Shown: positions 20,292-30,357 of the stretch, piece after piece
Position numbering within the stretch: the stretch's first letter is position 1
How the letters are laid out: each line of letters begins with the position of its first letter
The notes under the pieces: generated by a model
What the model was told of the DNA's origin: nothing
What the model saw: only the letters and a program-made list of their open reading frames with translations
Databases searched by the model: none
Source: Lachnospiraceae bacterium
Lineage (GTDB): Bacteria > Bacillota > Clostridia > Lachnospirales > Lachnospiraceae
Direction of reading: 5' to 3'
Assembly: GCA_024687745.1 (NCBI GenBank)
Contig: JAILEM010000013.1
Span: 559 to 64,558, forward strand
DNA length: 64,000 bases
Made by a program: the position numbers and the translations under genes

Positions 20292-21228
20292 TAAAAAAGA
20301 AACCGGGATAAACGGTGTTATCAATGTTTATAAGGAACAGGATTTTACCTCTCACGATGTGGTTGCCAAAATGAGAGGGATCCTTAAGATAAAGAAGATA
20401 GGGCATACCGGTACCTTAGATCCAAAGGCGGAGGGAGTACTTCCCATATGTATAGGGAATGCCACAAGAATATGTGATATTCTTACAGACCGCTCGAAGG
20501 AATATCTTGCCGTTATGAAGCTTGGGATAAGAACTGATACGCTTGATGTCTTTGGACAGATAACAGCCATGGCAGATGCAGATAAGGTACTTTCGCAAAG
20601 CGAAGAGCTCATAAGGGAGACCGTAAAGGGGTTTCAGGGAAAGATAGTACAGATCCCGCCTATGTATTCTGCGATAAAGGTGGGAGGAAAAAAACTATAT
20701 GAGCTTGCAAGAGAAGGAAAAGAGATTGAGCGTAAGGGAAGAGAAGTTTTTATAGACAGTATTGAAATAAAGAGAATCGACCTTCCGTACGTGGAAATAT
20801 ATGTGAAGTGTTCAAAGGGAACCTATATAAGGACGTTGTGTGACGATATAGGGGAGAGGCTCGGAGTTTTTGCTGCCATGTCATCGCTGATAAGGACAAG
20901 GGTCGGGAATTTTTGCGCAGATGATGCCCGCAGGATAGATGAGATAGAAAAGCTTAGGGATGAAGGCAGACTTAATGAGATAATAGTACCTGCAGACAGG
21001 ATATTTAAGGAGTATAAGTCAATAGTCAGGGATTCGGTAATGAAGGGGCACGAAGAGATTTATGAAAAACTTCTTTATAACGGGAATCCGATAAGCCTTT
21101 CATTATTCAGAGAAGAGGAGATCACCTCCGAAAGATTCAGGATGTATGATCTTAGCGGGAATTTTAAGGGTATATACAGTCTGGATCAAAAAAAAGAAAG
21201 ACTTACTCCATATAAGATGTTTTTATAA
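20275..21228 (+). CDS. truB: tRNA pseudouridine(55) synthase
   Basis: GHTGTLDP catalytic Asp motif and the YSAIKVGGKKLYELAR motif. Confidence 0.9.
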   Translation: MPMTDNKKETGINGVINVYKEQDFTSHDVVAKMRGILKIKKIGHTGTLDPKAEGVLPICIGNATRICDILTDRSKEYLAVMKLGIRTDTLDVFGQITAMADADKVLSQSEELIRETVKGFQGKIVQIPPMYSAIKVGGKKLYELAREGKEIERKGREVFIDSIEIKRIDLPYVEIYVKCSKGTYIRTLCDDIGERLGVFAAMSSLIRTRVGNFCADDARRIDEIEKLRDEGRLNEIIVPADRIFKEYKSIVRDSVMKGHEEIYEKLLYNGNPISLSLFREEEITSERFRMYDLSGNFKGIYSLDQKKERLTPYKMFL

Positions 21229-21265
21229 ATTATAAAATGGATCTTAATACTGGTATGGTAATGAT

Positions 21266-22213
21266 ATGATAATAATTTCAGATGAGGTCGACATAAGGCT
21301 TTCGGACAGCTCAAAGAGCGTGGTGGCGATAGGGAAATTTGACGGGATCCACAAGGGTCATGAGAGGATCATCCGGAGGATGCACGAATATAAAAAAATG
21401 GGTTACAAGTGCATCATTTTTACCTTCAGTGCGCAGCCGGAAAGTATTCTTTATAATAAAAATCCGAAAGTACTTACTACGACAGCGGAGAAAAGACTTG
21501 TGTTTTCCGAACTGGATATAGATTATCTGATAGAGTTTCCTTTCTATGAGAAGACCGCCGGTATAAGCCCGGAAAGCTTTATTGAGGATATATTGCTGGA
21601 TCGTCTGAACACTCATGCTGTTGTATGCGGAAATGATATAAGGTTCGGACACAGAGGTATGGGAGATCTGAAACTGTTAAAGTCCTATGAGGAGATGAGC
21701 CGGTTAAAGATCGAGGTTGTGGATAAGGTTACCTATGACGGCGATGTGATAAGCTCTTCAAGGATAAGACAGAGCATTCTTAATGCCGATATAGAAAGAG
21801 CAAACGAAATGCTCCTAAGACCCTATATGTTTTACGGGACTGTGGTGCATGGGAGAAAGCTCGGAAGGACAATAGGAATGCCGACGGTAAATCTGCTTCC
21901 AAAACCCGAGAAGCTCCTTCCAAAGAGCGGTGTTTATTATTCAAGAGTCCGTCACATGGGAGTTGAATACCGCTCGATCACGAACATTGGAGCTAAACCT
22001 ACCGTTGTCAAAAATGATGGGGTTTTTGAAAATGTAGTGGGAGTGGAAACTTATATGTATAATTTTGACAGAGAGATATATGGTGATGATCTGCTGGTAT
22101 CCCTCTATCATTATGTCAGAGGTGAGAAGGATTTTGGCTCCGTGGAAGCTTTAAAGGAGCATATGGGAAAAGATATAGCAGCTGGGGAAAAATGGCATAA
22201 AAATCATATTTAG
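21266..22213 (+). CDS. ribF: bifunctional riboflavin kinase/FMN adenylyltransferase
   Basis: GKFDGIHKGH, GRKLGRTIGMPTVN and the PTV...ETY motifs. Confidence 0.9.
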   Translation: MIIISDEVDIRLSDSSKSVVAIGKFDGIHKGHERIIRRMHEYKKMGYKCIIFTFSAQPESILYNKNPKVLTTTAEKRLVFSELDIDYLIEFPFYEKTAGISPESFIEDILLDRLNTHAVVCGNDIRFGHRGMGDLKLLKSYEEMSRLKIEVVDKVTYDGDVISSSRIRQSILNADIERANEMLLRPYMFYGTVVHGRKLGRTIGMPTVNLLPKPEKLLPKSGVYYSRVRHMGVEYRSITNIGAKPTVVKNDGVFENVVGVETYMYNFDREIYGDDLLVSLYHYVRGEKDFGSVEALKEHMGKDIAAGEKWHKNHI

Positions 22214-22222
22214 GAGGGAAAG

Positions 22223-23896
22223 ATGGTCTTTACCGTTTTGGTCACTTTGAGCGGAGGTCTTGGTTTGTTCCTTTTTGGAATGAAGCTTATGAGCTCGGGA
22301 ATAGAAAAGGCAGCCGGTGCTAAACTCAGAAAAATTCTGGAGATATTTACAACCAACAGGATAACGGGTATGCTTGTCGGAATCCTGTTTACCGGTATTA
22401 TACAATCCTCCAGCGCCTGTACTGTAATGGTAGTTACCTTTGTTAATTCGGGGATAATGAACCTCTATCAGGCGGTAGGTGTAATACTTGGAGCAAATAT
22501 AGGTACTACGGTCACTTCACAGCTTGTTTCTTTTAACCTTTCGCAATATGCACCCGTTTTTGTATTTATGGGTGTTATCATGCTTTATTTCATAAAAAAA
22601 TCAATGATCAATAAGGTCGGTGAGATACTTACCGGATTTGGAGTTTTATTTATGGGACTTTCCATTATGTCGGAGGCAATGGGAAATATCAGGGATATAC
22701 CTGCCGTACCGGCATTTTTCGGTGAACTTACATCTCCGTTTTTGGCTATTTTGATCGGAACGGCCGTTACGGGAGTCATACAGTCTTCATCGGTTACGGT
22801 CAGTATTATCCTGCTCATGGCAAATCAGGGCCTTTTGGAACTGCCTATATCACTGTATATCATACTGGGATGTAACATCGGTGCCTGCTGTACCGCTATG
22901 TTGGCGTCACTTTCGGGAAATAAGGATGCCAAAAGAGCAGCACTTATCCATCTCATCTTCAACGTGCTTGGAACGATAATCATGTATATCGTTCTAAAGC
23001 TCTTCATGGATCAGGTTATAGCTATGTTAGCGATGGTATCGGGAGACAATATCGGAAGACAGGTCGCTAATGCACATTCGATATTTAAGGTGGCGCAGGT
23101 TATCATGTTCCTGCCGTTTACGAATGCACTTGTAAAGATGACTTATATATTTGTTCGCGGTGAGGATAATAAGACAGGTTACAGGGATAATATGAAGCTT
23201 AAATATATCGGCGGAAAAAATATCTTTTCACCTGCGACCGCTGTTATCGAGGCGACCAAGGAGCTTGAGAGGATGGCTCTGCTTGCAAGCGAGAATCTCA
23301 ACAGGGCAATGAATGCCCTGATAACTCTGGATGAAGAGGATATACAGCTTGTATATGAGACAGAGGAGAATATTGACTTTTTGAATCATGCCATTACCAA
23401 CTATCTTGTTAAGATATCCCAGATAGACCTTCCCATGGATGATGCAAGATCGATAGGTGCGCTCTTCCATGTTGTAAATGACATAGAGAGGATAGGTGAT
23501 CATGCCGAGAATGTTGCCGATGCGGCAGTGACAAGAAAGGAAAAGGATCTTAGCTTTACTAAGGACGCACAGCGTGAGTTAGGTGAGATGCTCGACATGG
23601 TAAATACTCTTATAAGATATTCAACGGATATGTTCGCCAATAATAACGAGGAGCATCTTGAGGATATAGTTCACCTTGAGGATGCGGTGGATGAAAAGGA
23701 AAGAGAGCTTCAACAGGCTCATATTGACAGACTGTCAAAGGCAGAGTGCACTCCTGAGGCCGGAATGATATATTCGGATATAGTGAGCGGACTTGAGAGA
23801 GTGGCGGATCATGCAATAAATATCGCATTTGCGACCATGGATGCTGATCCCAGAAATGCTTATGTTAAATCTGCGGACAGGGTGGTGGAAGCATAA
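22223..23896 (+). CDS. Na/Pi cotransporter family protein with C-terminal PhoU-like repeats
   Basis: Duplicated QSSSA/QSSSV membrane motifs and two ERIGDHAEN/ERVADHAIN PhoU-type repeats. Confidence 0.85.
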   Translation: MVFTVLVTLSGGLGLFLFGMKLMSSGIEKAAGAKLRKILEIFTTNRITGMLVGILFTGIIQSSSACTVMVVTFVNSGIMNLYQAVGVILGANIGTTVTSQLVSFNLSQYAPVFVFMGVIMLYFIKKSMINKVGEILTGFGVLFMGLSIMSEAMGNIRDIPAVPAFFGELTSPFLAILIGTAVTGVIQSSSVTVSIILLMANQGLLELPISLYIILGCNIGACCTAMLASLSGNKDAKRAALIHLIFNVLGTIIMYIVLKLFMDQVIAMLAMVSGDNIGRQVANAHSIFKVAQVIMFLPFTNALVKMTYIFVRGEDNKTGYRDNMKLKYIGGKNIFSPATAVIEATKELERMALLASENLNRAMNALITLDEEDIQLVYETEENIDFLNHAITNYLVKISQIDLPMDDARSIGALFHVVNDIERIGDHAENVADAAVTRKEKDLSFTKDAQRELGEMLDMVNTLIRYSTDMFANNNEEHLEDIVHLEDAVDEKERELQQAHIDRLSKAECTPEAGMIYSDIVSGLERVADHAINIAFATMDADPRNAYVKSADRVVEA

Positions 23897-25074
23897 TGGA
23901 TAATGAGACAGCAGGCAGGATAGATAATATAATCAAAGAAGCGATAGATGACGGAGTCACAATGGGAGCAAACCTCCTTGTCTATAAAGACGGGACGGAA
24001 TGCTTTTACTGTGAACACGGATACGCGGACAGGGAAGCAGGGATAAAGATATCAAGAGATAATATCTTCAGGCTCTATTCCATGTCAAAGCCCATAACCG
24101 CCGTTGCCGCCATGATACTGATGCAGGAGGGAAGGCTCGATATAGGACAGCCCGTAGATGAGATACTTGATGGCTTTAAGGGGCAGAAGAGAGAGGATGA
24201 AAACGGAAATACAGTAGATGAACCTGTCAGGATGACAGTACAGGACCTTCTTAATATGACCTCCGGTCTAAGCTATGGGGGTATGGGGTCCCTTAGCGAA
24301 AGAAGTACACTCAGACTTATTGCCGATATAGAGAAAAAAATGTTTACAGACGATGCCATGACGACATTGGAGGTGGCTGAAGCCATAGGTAAGCTCCCTC
24401 TTAAGTTTACTCCCGGGTCTTCCTGGTGTTACGGGTTGTCTGCGGATGTGCTTGGAGCTGTTATAGAAAAAATTTCAGGTAAGCGTTTCGGGGATTTCCT
24501 TGAAGAAAATATCTTTAAACCGCTTGGAATGAAGGATACCGGTTTTTTTGTCCCTCAGGACAAGCAGTACAGGCTGGCAAAGTCCTATGCTTCGGTAAGC
24601 AAAGGGGAAATGGTATTATATACGGGGAATAACCTTGCGGTATCTAATGATATGAAGGAAAGACCGGCTTTTGAATCGGGTGGAGCAGGTCTTGTTTCAA
24701 CGATCGATGATTATATGCGTTTTTGCTTAATGCTGTTAAATAAGGGATCTTATGATGGAACACGTATTCTTTCCGGGAAGACCGTAAGCTTTCTGACATC
24801 CGGAAATCTTACAGGAAGACAGCAGGAGGTAATGGATTCAACCTGGCCCTCTCTTCTGGGATTCACCTACTCACATCTGATGAGGCAGATGAGGGATCCG
24901 GGGAGTGCAGCATCCTTATCTTCCATGGATGAGTATGGATGGGACGGATGGCTTGGATGTTATTTTGCCTGCATGCCCTCAGATAATATGGCTATGGTTC
25001 TTATGCAGCAGAAAAAGGATTCCGGTACGATCCCCATGACGAGAAAGCTCAGGAATGTGATAATCGGTATGTAA
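23896..25074 (+). CDS. beta-lactamase-family serine hydrolase
   Basis: SxxK nucleophile motif (YSMSKPIT), ~390 aa class C/esterase-like. The ATG overlaps the upstream stop. Confidence 0.8.
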   Translation: MDNETAGRIDNIIKEAIDDGVTMGANLLVYKDGTECFYCEHGYADREAGIKISRDNIFRLYSMSKPITAVAAMILMQEGRLDIGQPVDEILDGFKGQKREDENGNTVDEPVRMTVQDLLNMTSGLSYGGMGSLSERSTLRLIADIEKKMFTDDAMTTLEVAEAIGKLPLKFTPGSSWCYGLSADVLGAVIEKISGKRFGDFLEENIFKPLGMKDTGFFVPQDKQYRLAKSYASVSKGEMVLYTGNNLAVSNDMKERPAFESGGAGLVSTIDDYMRFCLMLLNKGSYDGTRILSGKTVSFLTSGNLTGRQQEVMDSTWPSLLGFTYSHLMRQMRDPGSAASLSSMDEYGWDGWLGCYFACMPSDNMAMVLMQQKKDSGTIPMTRKLRNVIIGM

Positions 25075-25108
25075 AATCTTATGGAACCACGTCATTTTTA
25101 AGTTTGTC

Positions 25109-25137
25109 TTGACTTATCGTTATGATTATTTTACAAT
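25109..25137 (+). promoter_or_regulatory. sigma-A promoter for tRNA-Leu
   Basis: TTGACT (25109-25114), 17-nt spacer, TACAAT (25132-25137). Confidence 0.6.
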
Positions 25138-25165
25138 CTTTAAAGTTGCAGATTCAAATCTGTAT

Positions 25166-25249
25166 GCAGGAATGGCGGAATTGGCAGACGCGCACGGTTC
25201 AGGTCCGTGTGATAGCAATATCATGAGGGTTCAAGTCCCTTTTCCTGCA
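25166..25249 (+). tRNA. tRNA-Leu(CAG), type II with a long variable arm; CCA not encoded
   Basis: Folded by hand. Acceptor stem GCAGGAA/TTCCTGC. Anticodon stem CACGG/CCGTG with loop TTCAGGT. Variable arm TGATA..TATCA. T-arm GGTTCAAGTCC. Confidence 0.9.
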
Positions 25250-25265
25250 CTGATACACTGAATCC

Positions 25266-25298
25266 GGGAAGTCCTTTTTGATGAGACTTCCCTTTTTT
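25266..25298 (+). terminator. intrinsic terminator after tRNA-Leu
   Basis: GGGAAGTC/GACTTCCC 8-bp stem followed by T6. Confidence 0.85.
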
Positions 25299-25305
25299 AC
25301 TGTTC

Positions 25306-25334
25306 TTGTAAATCAAAGTTTTCTATAGTAAAAT
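25306..25334 (+). promoter_or_regulatory. candidate sigma-A promoter of the kinase operon
   Basis: TTGTAA (25306-25311), 17-nt spacer, TAAAAT (25329-25334). The predicted +1 falls at about 25341-25342, at the ATG itself. Confidence 0.5.
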
Positions 25335-25341
25335 CAAGGTT

Positions 25342-28200
25342 ATGAAAAATGATGACGGCAGTCCCGGTAATAATATAGAGCAAAACGGCAATAATGGGAA
25401 ATACGCCCGTATTTTCAGCAAGCTTGCCGCAGTTATAATGATCACAGGAACCATATGTATCATATTATATATGATCTATGCTGTGATCTTTTGGAATGCT
25501 GATAATCAGCTTGGATCACTGCGCTGTAAAGAGATAAAGGATAACTGGTCGATCACCTATGAAGACGGCAGAAGCAGTGATATAACTCTTCCCTATAATA
25601 CTGAGGCAGAAAAGGGAAGTGTGGTAGTAACAAGTACGATTTTGCCAACAGATATTTCGGATAATGATTTTATCGCACTGAGATCCTACAGGCAGAATGT
25701 AAAGGTTTATATAAATGATGAACTCAGATGTGATTACAGTATGAAAGAGGGGCCTCCATACAGAAGGGATTTGCCGAGCATATATGTCTATGCGGATATA
25801 GACAGTAAGGATGCCGGGGGAATACTCAGAATAGAATCTGTAAGGAAGGAGAGTAAGGAAAGAGCCTATAGTCAGGTATATTACGGAGAAAGAGCGGGGA
25901 TAATAGTATACTATATAATGAAGCAGGGAGTTTCCATATGCTTTGCCCTTGTCTTTCTGATAATGGCTGTATTAAGCATTGTGGTCGGAACCATGATATC
26001 CATAGTGACAAAATCCGATACAAGGGTTGATTATATGGGATGGGCCATATTGTGTATAGTGCTTTGGAATATAGGACAATCGGATTTCAGGGATTTTATT
26101 TATCCAAACATTAAGGCCATAAGCATGGTTCCCGCCATGGGACTTATGCTGCTTCCGTTTCCGATCTGTCTGTATTACAACAGCATTCAGAAAAGACGCT
26201 ACTGGAAGCTTTATACAGGATTGTTTGCCCTGTCTCTTATAAATTTCATACACAGGCTTTATTTACAGTTTAACAGGGTATCGGATATATATGACAGCAT
26301 AAACATTGATTTTGTACTTCTTGGATTATATATTGTGGGGATCGCCTATACCATTATCATGGATATAAAGGAGAAGCTGATCGACGATTATAAGATATCG
26401 GCAGTAGCGTTTATCGTACTGATATTTGGCGGTGTCGGTCAGATGGTTTTGTTCCTTACAAATGTAAACGGAGCTTCCGCCACACTGCTATCGAGCGCGG
26501 TAACGGTCGTCGCTCTTATGTCTTTTCTTGAGACTATATTCAGGATAAACAGGATAAATATGGAGAACAGGGCGGAAATAATGGCCAACAGGCTTAAACA
26601 GGATTTCCTTGCCAATATGTCCCATGAGATAAGGACCCCCATAAATGCCGTGCTTGGAATGAACGAAGCCATTCTTAAGGAGAGCGGGGAAGAAAATATC
26701 ATAGAATATGCTACAGATGTGGATAACGCCGGACGGCTCCTTTTATCCATCATAAATGATATCCTTGATTTTTCAAAGCTGGATTCGGGTAAGATGAGTC
26801 TGTTAGAGTCCGATTACAGCGTTAAGGATATAGTTACTGCCTGTAACAGTCTGATCGAGGGAAAGGTTGTCGATAAAGGGTTGAGGTTTAATGTGGTAAT
26901 ACCTGAGGATACCTTTGTGAATCTCAGAGGCGACGATGTCAGGATACAGCAGATAATGATCAATATCTTATCAAATGCAGTAAAGTATACCGACAAGGGA
27001 GAGATAACCTTAAAGCTTTTCACATCAGATGCCGAAGATGACAGGGTAACTCTTAATATCAGGGTTAAGGATACCGGTATCGGTATAAAGGATGAGGATA
27101 AGGAAAAGCTGTTTACTGCCTTTGCAAGAGTTGATGAGAACAGAAATAAAAACATAGAAGGAACCGGTCTCGGTCTTAATATAACATCAAGGCTTGTCAG
27201 GCTTATGGGAGGGTCTGTCACCGTTGAGAGTGAATACGGAAAGGGTTCCGAATTCATAGTAAGGATACCCCAGATTTTGCTTAACAACCAGACGATAGGT
27301 CAATTTGATGTGGCAGAGCCTGTCGTTCACAGTGTTTCAAAATATATGGACGGAGGGATATACGCTCCGGGCGCGAAGATACTTGTGATAGACGATGTCA
27401 AAATGAATCTTAAGGTGGTCCAGAGCTTTCTTAAGTTTTCAGGAATTCAGGTGGACACTGCATTATCAGGAGATGAGGGGATCGAGCTGGTTAAAAAGAA
27501 CAGATATCATATAATATTCCTGGATCATATGATGCCGGGAAAGGACGGAATCGAAACGCTTAAGGAAATGAGAGAGGCAGAGGACAATCTGAACATAGGT
27601 GTGCCGGTTATAATGTTTACGGCAAACGTTTCAAAGGAGGCAAGGAATGAGTATCTTGAGGGCGGGTTTGATGATTATGTGGCCAAACCGATATCCTATA
27701 CGGATATGAATGAGGTGATCAGGAAATACCTTCCGCTTGATGCATATATAGAAAAAAAGGTAGCAAGGTCTTCTTCCGACAGATCGGTCATAGCATCGAT
27801 AGGTAAGGGAATAATGACTGCAAATGATGATAAGGATATGGATATTTCGGATTTCCTCGATCATGACACCGCAATGCAGTATTGCGCAGGAAGCGAAGAG
27901 GTATTTGAAGAGATACTCAAGACCTATGCGGAGGATGATCTGAGAGGGAACCTGATCGAGAGCTTTGAAAGGAATGACTGGGATAATTACAGGGTAACGG
28001 TCCATGCGATCAAATCCACCTCAAAGACCATAGGTGCGACAGAGCTTTCGGATTTTGCAAAAGAAATGGAAGCCTATGCAAAGGAGAACAGGATAAGCGA
28101 GATAGCCTCAAGGCATGAAGCCCTTATTGAAGAATACGGCCACCTGATAGATCTTATCAGGGATAAATATGATATATCACAGGATATGCAAAATAAATAA
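25342..28200 (+). CDS. hybrid sensor histidine kinase (extracytoplasmic domain, 7 TM, HisKA, HATPase, REC, Hpt)
   Basis: N-terminal TM helix, ~130-aa external segment, then about seven hydrophobic helices (7TMR-DISM-like architecture). H-box MSHEIRTPINAV, N-box NAVKYT, G-boxes DTGIGI and GTGLGL. REC: ILVIDD...FLDHMMPGKDG. Hpt: HAIKSTSKTIGA. Confidence 0.9.
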   Translation: MKNDDGSPGNNIEQNGNNGKYARIFSKLAAVIMITGTICIILYMIYAVIFWNADNQLGSLRCKEIKDNWSITYEDGRSSDITLPYNTEAEKGSVVVTSTILPTDISDNDFIALRSYRQNVKVYINDELRCDYSMKEGPPYRRDLPSIYVYADIDSKDAGGILRIESVRKESKERAYSQVYYGERAGIIVYYIMKQGVSICFALVFLIMAVLSIVVGTMISIVTKSDTRVDYMGWAILCIVLWNIGQSDFRDFIYPNIKAISMVPAMGLMLLPFPICLYYNSIQKRRYWKLYTGLFALSLINFIHRLYLQFNRVSDIYDSINIDFVLLGLYIVGIAYTIIMDIKEKLIDDYKISAVAFIVLIFGGVGQMVLFLTNVNGASATLLSSAVTVVALMSFLETIFRINRINMENRAEIMANRLKQDFLANMSHEIRTPINAVLGMNEAILKESGEENIIEYATDVDNAGRLLLSIINDILDFSKLDSGKMSLLESDYSVKDIVTACNSLIEGKVVDKGLRFNVVIPEDTFVNLRGDDVRIQQIMINILSNAVKYTDKGEITLKLFTSDAEDDRVTLNIRVKDTGIGIKDEDKEKLFTAFARVDENRNKNIEGTGLGLNITSRLVRLMGGSVTVESEYGKGSEFIVRIPQILLNNQTIGQFDVAEPVVHSVSKYMDGGIYAPGAKILVIDDVKMNLKVVQSFLKFSGIQVDTALSGDEGIELVKKNRYHIIFLDHMMPGKDGIETLKEMREAEDNLNIGVPVIMFTANVSKEARNEYLEGGFDDYVAKPISYTDMNEVIRKYLPLDAYIEKKVARSSSDRSVIASIGKGIMTANDDKDMDISDFLDHDTAMQYCAGSEEVFEEILKTYAEDDLRGNLIESFERNDWDNYRVTVHAIKSTSKTIGATELSDFAKEMEAYAKENRISEIASRHEALIEEYGHLIDLIRDKYDISQDMQNK

Positions 28201-28230
28201 AAATCCGACAGGTAATAAGGAGGAATGGTA

Positions 28231-28593
28231 ATGTCATTAAAGATACTGATAGTTGATGATTCAAAGGTGAACCTCATCATAGGAAAAACCGCTTTTAAGG
28301 GTATGGATGCAGAGATAGATACCGCTCTGTCAGGTGATGAATGTCTTGAAAAGGCCCGGGAGAAGAAATATGATCTGATCCTGCTCGACCAGATGATGCC
28401 GGGGAAGGATGGAATTACTACATTTAAGGAATTTAAGACAATGGAAGGTAACTTAAATACCGAAACTCCTGTGATAATGGTCACGGCCAGCGAGGATGTA
28501 ACAGCGGAGGATTATCTGAAAGAGGGGTTATCGGGTTATCTGAAGAAGCCGTTTAAGGCTGAAGAGATAAGAAAACTTACCGATAATCTGTAG
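28231..28593 (+). CDS. stand-alone receiver (CheY-like) protein, no output domain
   Basis: ILIVDDSKVN, LLDQMMPGKDG and the conserved K in YLKKPF. AAGGAGG lies 7 nt upstream of ATG 28231; the track ATG at 28225 is only 1 nt from the RBS. Confidence 0.85.
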   Translation: MSLKILIVDDSKVNLIIGKTAFKGMDAEIDTALSGDECLEKAREKKYDLILLDQMMPGKDGITTFKEFKTMEGNLNTETPVIMVTASEDVTAEDYLKEGLSGYLKKPFKAEEIRKLTDNL

Positions 28594-28603
28594 GAGGTAC
28601 AAG

Positions 28604-28831
28604 GTGAAGAGAGTTGTGGCTTTTATTGCAGCAATACTGCTGGTGATAATGTATCTTAGCACCCTTGTCTGTGCTCTTTTGAGGGAACCGGTGTATGCGG
28701 ACCTGTTAAGGGCTTCTGTAGCCATGACTATTATCGTGCCCGTGATTCTGTATGCGTACATACTCGTATACAGATTATTAAAGAATAACAGGGAAGAGGG
28801 ATCAAGGGGAGAAAAAGATGAAGATTCTTAA
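28604..28831 (+). CDS. small membrane protein (75 aa, two predicted TM helices, acidic tail)
   Basis: GTG start 6 nt after AGGAGG, two hydrophobic helices, and the stop overlaps the next gene by 14 nt. Confidence 0.6.
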   Translation: MKRVVAFIAAILLVIMYLSTLVCALLREPVYADLLRASVAMTIIVPVILYAYILVYRLLKNNREEGSRGEKDEDS

Positions 28832-30353
28832 AGGGATCGGATATGGGCTTATAGGGCTGATGGTACTGATTACGGGATTCATACTGGTCTGTGCACTGAA
28901 TCCCGATCTATCGAAAATGCTCTCGGATAAGCTCTACAAAAATGAAACAGAAACAGCGGAAGAGTCAGATGTACAGGCAGAAGCTCTGACAAGTGAGCCT
29001 GATGTGGCATCTCCCTCTCAGGATGAAGGTATGGGGGAACAGGAGCCTGTACAGAAAAAACCCGAGGATGATCCGTCTCAGGGCGCACAGGCCGATAATG
29101 GAACAGCTTCGGCTAATGAAACCTATGTAAGCCCAAGTGAGAGTGATCTGGTCATTCCCGAAAATGTTGCCGGGAAAACAGGGTATCAGCCTATCAGTGA
29201 AGATATAGAGGATATTTCTGATAAAGAGGCCGAAGAAATATCTGAAGAACTGGGTTATGGCGAGGAAGGAGACGGCCTTGATTTTGATGCGCTTTTTTAT
29301 CCGCATTATCATATGTTAAATGACAGCGGTAAGCATCTATACAGACAGATATATGCGAATACCCTGGCTTTCAACAAAAACTTTAAGCCCGTGGAAAGTC
29401 TTTCACCAGATGAGATGACTAACTGCTTTATGGCTGTTTATAACGACCAGCCACAGCTCTTCTGGCTTGATACGGGCTATGGCTGTAAGTACAAGCGTGA
29501 CGGTACCTGCGTAGAGGTCGCTTTAAGGTTTAATAAGACAGCGGATGACTTTGATAATTCGAAGATGCAGTTTGATACAAAGGTAAAGGAGCTTGTTGAT
29601 GGCGCAAATGCGCTTACAACCGATTACGGAAAAGAAGAGTATGTACATGATAAGATCATAGAAAATGTAGATTATCAGCTATCGTCAAAGATGAATCAGA
29701 GCGCGTACAGTGCTCTTGTAAATCATTCTACGGTATGTGCCGGATATTCAAGGGCAATGCAGCATGTTTTGATGGAGCTTGGTATTCCCTGTTATTACTG
29801 TACCGGATTTGCCGGGGAAAACCATGCATGGAATATCGTGAGACTCGATGATGGATTTTATAACGTGGATGTTACCTGGGATGATAATGATCAGGGACAG
29901 TATGACTATTTCAATAAGACTGATGCCGATTATGCAAACAACCATGTCAGAAGGGATCTTTCAGTGAATCTCCCTCCCTGTAACGGAATGAAATACAGGA
30001 CAGATAATTCAGGCAGTGCGCAAATGCCGCAGGAAATAACCGAAATGAGGACGCTTGAAGATATAGGAAAGACACAGGATGATGTTATCAATACCCTTAA
30101 TGATTATTACTATGACTGTTATAATCAGATAGTTGACAGGGGGGCCGGTGAATACAGCTTCGAAAATCTCATTGGATCGGAAGCACTTTTGAATGAGATC
30201 TATAATGCATACAGCACAAAGGATTACACGCACGGTTATATGGATAACGCCGTAAAGGCTGTGAATGCCGGAACTTACGACATGGACCTTCTGGTGGAGG
30301 AACTCAAAGGACATATTTTCAGACTGACTCATAATATAAAACTGGGATATTAA
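28818..30353 (+). CDS. membrane-anchored transglutaminase-like (papain-fold) domain protein
   Basis: N-terminal TM (GLIGLMVLITGFILVCAL), a ~120-aa acidic linker, then a Cys/His/Asp core: VCAGYSRAM ... NHAWNIV ... YNVDVTWDD. Confidence 0.8.
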   Translation: MKILKGIGYGLIGLMVLITGFILVCALNPDLSKMLSDKLYKNETETAEESDVQAEALTSEPDVASPSQDEGMGEQEPVQKKPEDDPSQGAQADNGTASANETYVSPSESDLVIPENVAGKTGYQPISEDIEDISDKEAEEISEELGYGEEGDGLDFDALFYPHYHMLNDSGKHLYRQIYANTLAFNKNFKPVESLSPDEMTNCFMAVYNDQPQLFWLDTGYGCKYKRDGTCVEVALRFNKTADDFDNSKMQFDTKVKELVDGANALTTDYGKEEYVHDKIIENVDYQLSSKMNQSAYSALVNHSTVCAGYSRAMQHVLMELGIPCYYCTGFAGENHAWNIVRLDDGFYNVDVTWDDNDQGQYDYFNKTDADYANNHVRRDLSVNLPPCNGMKYRTDNSGSAQMPQEITEMRTLEDIGKTQDDVINTLNDYYYDCYNQIVDRGAGEYSFENLIGSEALLNEIYNAYSTKDYTHGYMDNAVKAVNAGTYDMDLLVEELKGHIFRLTHNIKLGY

Positions 30354-30357
30354 GGTA

